NCBI GenBank assembly: GCA_000002445.1
Contig: CH464491.1
Span: 1,888,001-1,952,000, forward strand
Source of the DNA: Trypanosoma brucei
Taxonomy: Eukaryota
Direction: 5' to 3'
DNA: 64,000 nt
Made by a program: the position numbers and the translations under genes. The notes beneath the pieces are model-generated. The model was given only the letters and a program-made list of their open reading frames with translations, was not told the DNA's origin and searched no databases. Shown piece after piece: positions 11,601 to 21,226 of this stretch (positions within the stretch are counted from its first letter, which is position 1; each line of letters opens with the position of its first letter).

Positions 11601-11632
11601 CAAGCAGAGGATATGCAAGGGGAGAATAACAC
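8630..11632 (-). CDS. Tubulin-tyrosine-ligase-like (TTLL) family protein, probable tubulin polyglutamylase, with long low-complexity N- and C-terminal extensions.
   Basis: Central TTL/ATP-grasp domain: [24 protein letters not shown] ... [17 protein letters not shown] ... [29 protein letters not shown] ... [29 protein letters not shown]. The start could instead be the internal Met at MRNMMEPV. Confidence 0.8.
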   Translation of the reverse strand: [1000 protein letters not shown]

Positions 11633-11888
11633 AAGGGAAACACCGAATGAAGCACTAAAGAAAAGCTCTTAATTTGTAACGAGACAAACCCTCTAGCGGA
11701 ACAAGTTTAGGCAGCAGAACACATGCGCCATAAGGTAGTCAAAGACACAAAAGACCCAAGGTGAAAGGTACACCCAGCCACATAGGAAAGTTGTAGACGA
11801 TTCAACATGTAGCTGCATTTGTGTGAGGCTAGTTTGATTAACCACTGCCCCACGCACACCCGTTGAATGTGCTCTGTACATTGGTTTC

Positions 11889-13310
11889 TCATAGAATTGA
11901 CGTCTCCTTACTCGGATCGGGTGTGGGCTCTGTCCGACTCACGAGAGTCGCCGGCTCGGGTGTTGGGACGACCAAAACATGTTGCTTTGTCATCCCGAGA
12001 AGGGCAAGCTGCAATTCCTCAACTACGGTGGAGGCTATCACAATCACATCTGTCTTGCGCTGCTGTAAGAACTTCACAACTTGAATCGGGACACGCGTTG
12101 CTGTGGGTTCAGTTACCTGTTTGGTTGCGTGGAGTTGGCATACCGAAACCTTTGGCCATTCATCCTCCTGATGAGCGTCTTGCTCTTGGGTGACAGCAGG
12201 GCCCTCCGTCGCGGTGGTGGGGTTGGCATCGGCAGCACCCTCCGTTGTGCTCGGAACCATGCTCTCTGCCATGGGCTGTGCCTCTTGATTTTGCGGCTGC
12301 TCTTCATTTCCCTTCGGTGCTTGCTGCTCCTGTTTTGGAGAGATGAGAGACTCCGCGTTAATACTGCCTTCTTGGCCCTGAAGCAGGCGCTCAAGGGTCT
12401 GAGTGTAAAGTTCTATTTCTTCAGGTGGTGTACATCCCTCGGCTATTACCACAGCACAAACCACATCACCGCTACCCTCACGACAACGCCCCAATGCATA
12501 CTGGACAACGCTACAATCCCGTATGAGCGCGCCCTCCTCACCTGGGCGTGGTAGCAGCACAACAACATGACGTAACGCCGTAGTATTGAGCCTCAACGTG
12601 GTGCCGTTACCCTTAATGAACCACAACGGGTACGTTTGACGTATTTTGCTGAGAACTGCCCTACTCACATGTCCAACACTAATATATTTGTTTTCCGTGG
12701 TGTTACCAGCCCCGAGAAGAAGTGCACCGGCATTGTGATGCTTCAGGCGGTCTTCTGCGTACTGTGCAATAATGCCAGCACGTCTCCTTTCCACCTCCTC
12801 CGCCAACTCGCGTGCGGCCGCTTCTAATTCTTCCGTTGTCTGTTCCGGTGCAGCCTGTTGGTGATGTTCTGCATCTCTTTTCCCTGACATTCCCCCCCTT
12901 GTGGAGAGTCGTTGCCGCGAACCAGGGCGAGGTGGATCCGCCCCGTGGGATATTTCCATTGATGCCCTTATCGACCTCGGTGTGTTAAGTGGTGTTTCTT
13001 GGAGTGCCATGGTCTCTAGTTTATAGTTGAGAGTATCGCGTGTGGCCTTGCTTCCCATGATGGTTTCCAATGTCTTGTGAATTGCTATAGAAGGCGGAAG
13101 TCTCTTCGCAGTTCCTGCCTCTTCTGGGGGTTGTGGTACACTCTCAGGGCTATCAAACTGAAGCGGTGATGGCAAGCCACATCTTTCCCATATGTGCAGC
13201 AAAATGAGCTGCTCTCCTTCGTGTTGCCGCATCATGTAACCAGGAACAGAAGCCCAGCTCACTGCCTTGAGGGACGCCGGGCCGCCGTCACACATAACAA
13301 CAAAAGTCAT
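11889..13310 (-). CDS. Hypothetical protein. N-terminus weakly resembles a universal-stress-protein / adenine-nucleotide alpha-hydrolase-like fold. Acidic/Q-rich middle.
   Basis: 473-aa ORF. N-terminus MTFVVMCDGGPASLKAVSWASVPGYMMRQHEGEQLILLHIWE, then VVVLLPRPGEEGALIRDCSVVQYALGRC...VVCAVVIAEG, both with USP-like beta-alpha character. I could not assign a domain confidently. Confidence 0.5.
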   Translation of the reverse strand: MTFVVMCDGGPASLKAVSWASVPGYMMRQHEGEQLILLHIWERCGLPSPLQFDSPESVPQPPEEAGTAKRLPPSIAIHKTLETIMGSKATRDTLNYKLETMALQETPLNTPRSIRASMEISHGADPPRPGSRQRLSTRGGMSGKRDAEHHQQAAPEQTTEELEAAARELAEEVERRRAGIIAQYAEDRLKHHNAGALLLGAGNTTENKYISVGHVSRAVLSKIRQTYPLWFIKGNGTTLRLNTTALRHVVVLLPRPGEEGALIRDCSVVQYALGRCREGSGDVVCAVVIAEGCTPPEEIELYTQTLERLLQGQEGSINAESLISPKQEQQAPKGNEEQPQNQEAQPMAESMVPSTTEGAADANPTTATEGPAVTQEQDAHQEDEWPKVSVCQLHATKQVTEPTATRVPIQVVKFLQQRKTDVIVIASTVVEELQLALLGMTKQHVLVVPTPEPATLVSRTEPTPDPSKETSIL

Positions 13311-14114
13311 CTCGTACGTATGCGTAAACCTCCTCCCGCAGAATGCTCTAGTACCCTTCTACTTATCCCTCGCGATGTCCCTCTATTTTTTTTTTTTGCC
13401 ACGTTGCAACAGCGCTTGTTTCGTTATTTCTCTTCTCGTATATGAGTACAAATATATTTCTCGACTGATTTGTCCTCTCCTCTCCTTTTAATTCAAAACT
13501 TAACATACAGGGTGGAGGCAGTGCGTACCGTGCCTGCGATATTGTGCGCTAGAGTGCCCGAGGGGGTGAAGGAAATGAAATGGCAACACGAACCAGCAGT
13601 TAGACAAATGACGAATCTCGAAGCGTAAATAGACCCTCAGGTAACAGAGAGATGGAAGAGGGAGAGAGAAATGTGCACACAAAGCGATGCAGAGGCACGT
13701 GGTACGGAGAAAATAAAACAAGATGCACAGTTTGCATATGCCCCTCCACGTTGAAGGCAGTGATGACCGACCAACACCTTCTTCCGCCACTCCTACAAGA
13801 CCTGTTGCGAGACGCCGCTTCTGGGATGCTTTAGTGTTGGTTGCAACACAAGGCAAAGAAAAACATACACGGGGAAAAGAAGAAAGGGATGGTGAGCACT
13901 TTCCTCCTTACCTCCATTACTTCCGTCCCTGTACCCTATATGCACTCGCGAGCCCTTCCCCTTTTTCGCACATCTGCCTCTCTTTTTTTTTTTTAATGAA
14001 TATCTCCTGCACCGTCACCGCTTTTGAGGACGTTAGTAGTTTGAGTTACTTTCCCCTCCCCACACGGAAGCGACGCTGTCGTCCAGAGTTGCTCGCGGCT
14101 TCACATCGGATCGA

Positions 14115-17018
14115 TCATAGCCGGTATTCGCGCGGGAGCGGGTCTGTCATTACCCAACCACCCTTGTCGGGCTTCAGTCCCTTCGCAGATTCCTTCTCTA
14201 GCCACACTTGACGCATAATCTCGTACAACGCCTTCGTGTCCAGAGAGCAGTACTCAAGTAACTGGATCCGAAGCATGGCCCACGCCTTGTCCCGGACATC
14301 AGGACGGGCGGCTTGCACCATCGTGTCCAATTTGTTCTTGCCCTCGTAAATACCGCGGCGCCGCTCGTCTTGCATGACTGTCTGCTGGAGGTCTCTTAAT
14401 GAGCCTCCACCTTCGTGGTGATACCACAAGCGGTACACACCCATGGCATTTTCGCCCTTCTGCTCGTCCTGCCGCCCACCACCACCACTACCTTCTCCCT
14501 CACCTGCATCAACCACGTCACCAGCCGCATCCCCACCAAAAACACCATACTTGAAATCAGGACACAAGCCCGGAAGAACCTTTTTCAGTGAATTAGAGCC
14601 ATGCGCGTTGGGGTGAACAAACCCTCGTTTAAACAAGTCAAGTGTATCAAGGAAATAGAACTGTTTGATTTCCTCCTTGTACTCATCCACCAACTGCCCC
14701 AATTTCTCCAAGCAAGATTTTTCAAAGCTGGCAAAGTGGGCAATGAAGCACCCATCGTAGAAGTTGACGGGTTCGTGTAGTGGATTATTTTTAGTAATAT
14801 TGGGTCCCCGAGCCTTGGTTGCGCGACGACCTCGCCGCGCGTTGGTGACTGCTGCAAACTCCTCTTCTTCCAGCTGCTTTTTTAGCCTCTCTAACCTCGC
14901 TAGTTCTCCAGACGCCGTCATCGCATCCCGTTTTTTCGCCCGCTCCTTCCGCACGATGTGCATTAGTTCCGCAATGCATGCACGCCGCGGGTCTTCATTC
15001 GGAGAGTAGCCCTTACCGAAGTGCAAGAAGTCATAGTGCGTTGGCGTTTCGTTGAGAACATCCTCCTGAAACACATCAAGAGAAAACTGGAATGGTAAAG
15101 GCTGAAATGCAACGACTTTTTCAAACGGGGGTAACGCGAATTGCGTTGCCTCAAAGTCGATTAAAAAAGCCGGATAGCGGATGCGCGAGAAGAAATCTTC
15201 AATTTCCTTGGGGTTGACAAATACTTTACCCGCTGTTATAGCCTTCACGTATCGTAACTGTGGTGCAGTAAGGTTAACAGCACCCTTTTTGTATTGGTAC
15301 AAAACGTCCTGGACCGTACGGAGGCCCTGTAACCACCATGTAGTCTTTCTCGAAACAGCGGTAGACGGAACGGTAAAAAGGTGATTATCACGCTGTCGAA
15401 TCGGTTCATCAAACTTGTTAGGTAAGCAAAGACCCTCAGCAAAAAAGGGACATACATCTCCCCGCGAGCAGTGGGCACCAATAAACTCCGAGTAAGTCGG
15501 AACGCATGGTATCTGAGTAGCACAGTGTCTACCTCCACCTTTACCTGTTGCCGTCGGCCCCTGCTTTGCCTTGGCAGCTTTGCCTTTCTTGCCTTTGTCC
15601 TCCTGGTCGTCCACTAACATCCCACTCTCGCCCTCATCAACAAATGTTGCCTTCAATACAGCGTCGGTATCACTGGCAAAAGCACGCCACTTCTGCGCAT
15701 TCGCAGGCTCTCGTCCCATTTCGACAAGCCGCAAAGTGCGAGTACTAATCAGTGCTTCCACCAGTTTCTGTTGCTTTGCGAATAATTTCCGCAGCTCCAC
15801 CTCCCTCTTCTTCGCGGTTCGGTTGGAGGTGCTGCCAGCCCATTGCTGGCGACCGTGACCACGTTCCTGCATGGCTTCCACCTCGGCCTGTAATTTAGTT
15901 ATGTCCTGCTCATCACTGGATGGAAACTCACCCGTGCCGAATGCGCTGCCCGATCGCTGGCTGTTATTTATGTCCGCGTCAATCATATCCTCGAGGGACA
16001 GCCGTTGTACATATTTCACAAGCCGAGTCGGATCGCAGTCCATCAACGTAACGGGTCCGGGAAAGAATTGCCGAATGTGCAGTAACCCACTGCGTTTTAA
16101 GTCCAAAGGCACCGCGACCTCTGCAGCAGTTTCCAGTCGATGACCCTTGAGATTCTTTTCAGTGACGGTGTCAAGGTCAATATCCAGGAATCTCTTTCGT
16201 ATACCTATTGGGATGTGTGGTTGCGTTATCCAGTAGCGAAAGGCAACTGTCGTGAAGTGCAACCTTTGCAGGTACTGTGCAAGTCGTACCGGGTTGCCTG
16301 CTGGGTCAAGTGCGGAGGCGGTTTCCAAGATAACCCACTGGTTGTCTTTGGGTCGGAACCGCAGCACCGCTGGTCTCGCCCGCAGTATAATGTCAGCCGC
16401 TCCCTTCTTTCCTCCTTGCTGAACCTTTTGTTGCTCCTGTGAGCCCCTACTCTGACCCCCAAATGGCGTCGCGAACGCGGGCCGATGGATTGTTAAAGCG
16501 GGAGCTTGGTCACCCAGTTGGGCGTATACAGTCTGGAAGTATTTCAACAGAATTTCCTCCGAGCGGCGAACTGCATCTTCAAAGTTCTGCTCCTGCACTA
16601 CAACAGCACGACTCCCAAACTGCAGCCGATCCCACCGCCGCGCAAGCTCGTTGAATGCTGCGCCGTCGTCGAGGTGTACCGCATCCGCTATAGAGATATC
16701 ACTAGTTAGGTCTGTATGGTTTTGCAGCAGGTGAAATTTCTTTGGACATGTAAGGGAAGCGGCAAAGCCCTTGTACGTGAGAATAGCCGGTGACCTCGCC
16801 GCCGACGATGTGGCCCGCTGTGTCGTCCCTTCGGATGATTTCTCTTTATTGTCGCTTCCATCCCGCCCCTCCAGGCATTCGTCCAAGTCTGACATCGGCT
16901 CTGATGCTTCCCTGTAACTACGCAACACGTGCCGGAGGGGTTCATCCGCGTCGTTCACCTTCTTCACGGCATCCACCACGGATGAAACGAGCGTCGAGTG
17001 GGCCTTCTTACGGAACAT
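14115..17018 (-). CDS. Hypothetical ~967-aa protein with a C-terminal RNase-H-like (DEDDy-type 3'-5' exonuclease-like, DUF2779-like) module and a Cys cluster upstream of it.
   Basis: Candidate Exo I motif AFLIDFEATQFALP (D..E), then PFQFSLD, then an Exo II-like THYDFLHF or YFLDTLDL, then a C-terminal Exo III-like LLEYCSLDTKALYEIM (Y-x3-D). Cys cluster CATQIPCVPTYSEFIGAHCSRGDVCPFFAEGLCLP. The ORF in the track extends to 17123, but its first 35 codons (MFVHLLFPFFSGHNNSHTCVF..) read through a polyY leader. The Met at 17018 (MFRKKAHSTLVSSVVDAVKK) is preferred. Confidence 0.55.
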   Translation of the reverse strand: MFRKKAHSTLVSSVVDAVKKVNDADEPLRHVLRSYREASEPMSDLDECLEGRDGSDNKEKSSEGTTQRATSSAARSPAILTYKGFAASLTCPKKFHLLQNHTDLTSDISIADAVHLDDGAAFNELARRWDRLQFGSRAVVVQEQNFEDAVRRSEEILLKYFQTVYAQLGDQAPALTIHRPAFATPFGGQSRGSQEQQKVQQGGKKGAADIILRARPAVLRFRPKDNQWVILETASALDPAGNPVRLAQYLQRLHFTTVAFRYWITQPHIPIGIRKRFLDIDLDTVTEKNLKGHRLETAAEVAVPLDLKRSGLLHIRQFFPGPVTLMDCDPTRLVKYVQRLSLEDMIDADINNSQRSGSAFGTGEFPSSDEQDITKLQAEVEAMQERGHGRQQWAGSTSNRTAKKREVELRKLFAKQQKLVEALISTRTLRLVEMGREPANAQKWRAFASDTDAVLKATFVDEGESGMLVDDQEDKGKKGKAAKAKQGPTATGKGGGRHCATQIPCVPTYSEFIGAHCSRGDVCPFFAEGLCLPNKFDEPIRQRDNHLFTVPSTAVSRKTTWWLQGLRTVQDVLYQYKKGAVNLTAPQLRYVKAITAGKVFVNPKEIEDFFSRIRYPAFLIDFEATQFALPPFEKVVAFQPLPFQFSLDVFQEDVLNETPTHYDFLHFGKGYSPNEDPRRACIAELMHIVRKERAKKRDAMTASGELARLERLKKQLEEEEFAAVTNARRGRRATKARGPNITKNNPLHEPVNFYDGCFIAHFASFEKSCLEKLGQLVDEYKEEIKQFYFLDTLDLFKRGFVHPNAHGSNSLKKVLPGLCPDFKYGVFGGDAAGDVVDAGEGEGSGGGGRQDEQKGENAMGVYRLWYHHEGGGSLRDLQQTVMQDERRRGIYEGKNKLDTMVQAARPDVRDKAWAMLRIQLLEYCSLDTKALYEIMRQVWLEKESAKGLKPDKGGWVMTDPLPREYRL

Positions 17019-17662
17019 AACCCACACACGCAAGGTTGTACTTGAGTTATATTTGCGTGTGAATACACACGTATGAGAATTATTGTGTCCAGAGAAGAAA
17101 GGGAAGAGCAAGTGTACGAACAAGGCGTTTGAACACGAACAAAGAAAAACGACACCAAATAGAAATACCGTTAAGGAAATGCTTCATAAGGATTCGGGGG
17201 AGGGGGAAATATATTACACCGGAAGACCAAACTGCGACAACAGTAACAGTGGTGTACCAGCTGCTACATCACCACTGTTGCCAATGTGAAGATGACGCTG
17301 GGCAAAAGCAGCTAGGAGGGAGACATCGAGGGCTCGACGCCACTAACAGATACAGTTCAACCAACGCCCACTTGCGTAGTCCCCGCCAGATGCACAGAAT
17401 ACACGGGCAAGCACTGGGGGTGGGGTGGGGAGAAGAGAAATGAAGCTCCGAAAGATTCTGCTACGGGGAACCTTTTACGCGTGTGCGTAGGCTAGTATTG
17501 CCAGTGTGATGCGGGTAGGCACTGGCGAACTGCAGATCGAACATTTAACGGCGGCACCGCTGGATCACTTGCTAGTCGCGCCGGCTGTTGGGAAACCAAC
17601 GAATATCAACAGAAGCATCACCGCAAAGAAGCTAGCAAAAAGTGACCTCCCTTCCCACGGTG

Positions 17663-19327
17663 TCACAACGAAAACGACCTAACGACAAATATTATGAGCA
17701 ATAAGGCAACGCAAAAGGCAAACAGCAGCATGCATTGGGGCAATCTGCAGCGGGAAAGTTCAAAGGCACACCTTGACAGTCTGCCGCTAACACTTGAGTG
17801 CTGATTCCACATCAATTGCATCCGGCGCAGAGGGGAAGCTGAGCGTGATCCCTTTCTTTCCTCTCCATAGCGAGAATCACCCATCCTACTACCCCGGTTA
17901 CCACTGTTGTGGTGTTCGAGGATGGTGCTCGCTTGCGAGGCCATCGACCGCTTCAGTTCTTCCAACCTGAGCTCCATTGCTCGAAGTAACTTTGCTTTTG
18001 TTTGCAAGCGCAAGTTCTCCTCTTCAAGGGCCTTTTCACGCTGCGCCAACTCACGAAACTTGCGTTCATCCCCGTCGTTTCCGTCACAAGGGTAACCTAT
18101 TGGCACAGCACACGTCGACTTGGTTTGTTGCACAGCCTCTTCATATTTACGAGCCCACGCCTCTGCATCGTCGCGGCTCTTTTGCAGTGCCTCCTGCAAG
18201 CCCATGACCAGAGCACGATTTTCTTCAGAAAGAAGAAGGGTTTGGAAAGCCTCCTCGCGCATGTTAGCCTCCTCCTCCAAACTCCTCACAAGTCCCTCCT
18301 GTCTACCCAACTCGCGCTGCAGGGAGTTTACCTCAGCCGCAAGCTGCTGTGCATATTCCATGCGACTTGCAAGCTCCCTACTAAGTCCTGCTACGCGCTC
18401 GGTCAGCTGTTGTTCCATCTGCTCTCTCTCCAGTCTCACATTTGAAATTCTCCGCTGTGCGGCTTCTGCCTCGTGTTGTGCCTGATGAAGAAGGGTCTGA
18501 AGAGTGGCAAGCTGTTCCTCCCGCTGATACACTTCATTCATGCATCGTTGCTGTTCCAACTCATGCGCACGCTGCATCTCACGTAACTTGGCTGCATGTC
18601 TTTCTTCCAAGTTGCTCATTTCTGATCGCACTGTCTCCAACTGCTGCTGGTGAGCCGCGTCACTAGCTTTCAGCGCGTTTTCAAGCACCTTCTCCTTATT
18701 TGCTGCGTCCCCACCGCTCTCCAGCTGAGTTGTGTTTTGAGTCATAAGGGCCGAAAGCTCTCTATATTGTTCAGCTAGGCGCTCAAGGCGGGTCTTCATG
18801 ACACAAACTTCGTGCTCGGACAGTGCTAATTCTTTTTCCTTGAGCTCCATAGCATCCCTGAGTTTGTGCAGCTCTGCCTCATGTTGTTGCGTCTCCGCAT
18901 CAGTGCGCATGGTGTGCTCCACCGCGCACGTCTCCCGCACACGGGCGATAGCCTGCTCAAGATCCCGCTCGTGTTGCTCAACCATGCTGCGCTTCTCCTT
19001 TCGAAGTTCCATTAGTTGCGTCTGCACATTTTGCAGCTCTTCATCCTTCAGGCTGGTTCGCTCGCGGAACTCCTTCTCTAACTGCACCCGCAGGGCCCCC
19101 ATTTCGGAGCCATGGTTTGCATTAACTTGCTTTAGTTCGTCTCTTAGCTGCTTGTTCTTTTTTGTCGCCTCACTCAGTTGCTGGGCAACGGATTGCTTCC
19201 ATAAATTTGTTTTCTCCTGAAGGTCTCGCAGCTGTTCCTCGGCGGAGGGACGACGCGAGCCGTTAGCTTTGTCAGTTGCCTCCTCAGATGTGTCCATTGC
19301 ACCGTCTCGCCCCTGGAGGTTACGCAA
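17663..19327 (-). CDS. Tail-anchored coiled-coil protein (long E/Q/R/L-rich heptad region plus C-terminal TM helix).
   Basis: 554 aa. Continuous coiled-coil signature (LQNVQTQLMELRKEKRSMVEQHERDLEQAIARVRE...; EQMEQQLTERVAGLSRELASRMEYAQQLAAEVNSLQRELGRQEG...). C-terminal hydrophobic stretch MLLFAFCVALLLIIFVVRSFSL immediately before the stop. Confidence 0.6.
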   Translation of the reverse strand: MRNLQGRDGAMDTSEEATDKANGSRRPSAEEQLRDLQEKTNLWKQSVAQQLSEATKKNKQLRDELKQVNANHGSEMGALRVQLEKEFRERTSLKDEELQNVQTQLMELRKEKRSMVEQHERDLEQAIARVRETCAVEHTMRTDAETQQHEAELHKLRDAMELKEKELALSEHEVCVMKTRLERLAEQYRELSALMTQNTTQLESGGDAANKEKVLENALKASDAAHQQQLETVRSEMSNLEERHAAKLREMQRAHELEQQRCMNEVYQREEQLATLQTLLHQAQHEAEAAQRRISNVRLEREQMEQQLTERVAGLSRELASRMEYAQQLAAEVNSLQRELGRQEGLVRSLEEEANMREEAFQTLLLSEENRALVMGLQEALQKSRDDAEAWARKYEEAVQQTKSTCAVPIGYPCDGNDGDERKFRELAQREKALEEENLRLQTKAKLLRAMELRLEELKRSMASQASTILEHHNSGNRGSRMGDSRYGEERKGSRSASPLRRMQLMWNQHSSVSGRLSRCAFELSRCRLPQCMLLFAFCVALLLIIFVVRSFSL

Positions 19328-19392
19328 GATCGGAAAACGGAAACAAGGTTAACACCAGATGAGGACTCAAATCAGATAATAGAGAAGAATTA

Positions 19393-19412
19393 ATATATAT
19401 ATATATATATAT
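19393..19412. repeat. (AT)10 microsatellite.
   Basis: atatatatatatatatatat. Confidence 0.9.
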
Positions 19413-19727
19413 GCATAGATCTCAGCGTGCAAAGAACACATCGATAAAGCACGAGGGCGCTTCATAATGCGGCAGGGCTGCTTTAGCTGATCCAACAAAT
19501 CTCATGAGGGGTCAGTGAGACAGGAAGGAGAGCAAGGTACATCCTTGCCTCCCTATGTATGAGGTTATACACAGCTTTCACTTGCACACTTCCAATAGTT
19601 CCACCAGCAGGTAAGTTTCGCCCCTTCCCCGGTAGTGATCCGAGAAACAAAAGGGAATAATGTGTGAGAAACACGGGAAATGAAAAAGAAAAAAAAAACA
19701 ACAGAACATCCTCCCCTTTTCTAGCGA

Positions 19728-20450
19728 CTATGTTCCAAGTGCCTTTTTTGCAACATCATTAAACTTATGGCAAACCCAACGGAGACCCCGGGGCTCCTCT
19801 ACATGCACCGCAACCTCAAGCGCTGCCAAATCCATGTGTTTGTTGGCCTCAACCAGTTCATTCACCTTTTGTTCCAAGGCGTCAATTCGCTGCAGTAGGC
19901 GTCTTTCCTTCGCCTCAGAGGCCTTTGCGCTCGAGGTAATTTCAGCATACAACACAAACGCAAGAATGAAATACACCAGCAACTCAATGAGGAGCTCAGC
20001 TCCTGCGGCTACAAGGTGTTCCTCCGACAAGGAAGCGGAGTAACCTTCCCTAAAAGTTTGCCACACCGTTCTCATGGGCCGCGATGAAAAGAAAATTCGA
20101 CCGCTACGACTCCTTCCACCTCTGCTCGAAGGTGTGGAACCAAGCAATGACCGCACTCGCGGCGCCACCGTGACCGCTCGGTCCTCTTTTGATTTTCCAA
20201 ATGTCGATGTGGAGCCTTCTCCGGTGGCACTGTCTTGCTTCGACGAGTTGACTGGACTTGGTTTGTGTTTTTCCTCCACATGCCACCTCGCCATGACAGA
20301 GGAAATGGCTGCAGACAAGTGTCCAAGTCGAAGGCAGACTGTTCGTGTGATACTCGCCCCGTGTTGGGCTTTTTTCACGGTACGACTAACCATCGGCTTA
20401 GACATCTGCCTGATGGCCAGCAGGGCGAAGCGGTAAACTGGTGCTGGCAT
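19728..20450 (-). CDS. Hypothetical small membrane protein with a central TM helix and a C-terminal coiled-coil.
   Basis: 240 aa. TM helix LLIELLVYFILAFVLYAEI. Coiled-coil KERRLLQRIDALEQKVNELVEANKHMDLAALE. A ~300-nt polyY tract (mRNA sense) at ~20800-21095 sits directly upstream. Confidence 0.45.
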   Translation of the reverse strand: MPAPVYRFALLAIRQMSKPMVSRTVKKAQHGASITRTVCLRLGHLSAAISSVMARWHVEEKHKPSPVNSSKQDSATGEGSTSTFGKSKEDRAVTVAPRVRSLLGSTPSSRGGRSRSGRIFFSSRPMRTVWQTFREGYSASLSEEHLVAAGAELLIELLVYFILAFVLYAEITSSAKASEAKERRLLQRIDALEQKVNELVEANKHMDLAALEVAVHVEEPRGLRWVCHKFNDVAKKALGT

Positions 20451-20799
20451 TTTTTTTTTTTTTGAAGCAAGCCGGCCTCCAGATGATGGGACGATAGATA
20501 AACCTCAGATGTACTTGCACCTTCTCTCCTTCTTCTTGACTCCCGATACCTTCTTTATGTTATCGCAACACGCTACCGAGAGTATGTGGGTGCGTATAAC
20601 TGAGTGTATGCCTCACTCACTGTGTCTCTGCAAGAGTAAATTTGTACAGGGTATAATAAAAATATGATGATTGAAGACAGTTGGAGAAATAATAGAAGGA
20701 ATTAAATGATGACTTACCGACATGAAGGTGCGGCCGATGCGACCGACGCGGCTGTTACCACCAAATGCGAGGGCACAACAAATTCCTCGTGCATGGAGA

Positions 20800-21095
20800 G
20801 GGCAAGAAACGAAAGGGAAAAAGAACAGAGGGACATGAGTAAATAATAACAAAAATAATAAAAAAGGGGAAGAAACGAAAGAGCCAAAAAAAAAAAAAAA
20901 AAGAAACAACCACCGCAGTAAATAAAAATGAAAAAAGAAACGAGAAAAAGCACGTGGAAAGATTTGGTGGGTGTGCAGGTTTGCATGCGTGCACGTCCGT
21001 TTGTCTGAGAGGGAGAGGGGGAAAAAAAAAGAAAAAAAAGAAAAGAAGGAAAAACTGTAGAAAAACGAGAGAGACACGAAAAAGGGGCGAGCAAA
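20800..21095 (-). promoter_or_regulatory. Long polypyrimidine tract (mRNA sense) upstream of the 19728..20450 gene. Probable splice-acceptor / polyadenylation-guiding element.
   Basis: ~300 nt of plus-strand A/G homopolymeric runs (aaaaaggggaagaaacgaaagagccaaaaaaaaaaaaaaaaagaaacaacc ... gggagagggggaaaaaaaaagaaaaaaaagaaaagaagg). The F/L/S-rich minus ORFs in the track at 20613..21441 are its translation. Confidence 0.55.
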
Positions 21096-21184
21096 TGTAA
21101 CATACGGGTGGGATTACGGTACCCGCGATACTGCATTGGATCAATGGGTCGATGACGCGTGCATGTGCCTGTATATGCTTATGT

Positions 21185-21226
21185 ATATATTTATATATAT
21201 ATATATATATGTGTGTGTGCGTGTGG
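21185..21226. repeat. Compound microsatellite (TA)n(TG)n.
   Basis: tatatatatatatatatatgtgtgtgtgcgtgtg read directly. Confidence 0.9.
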
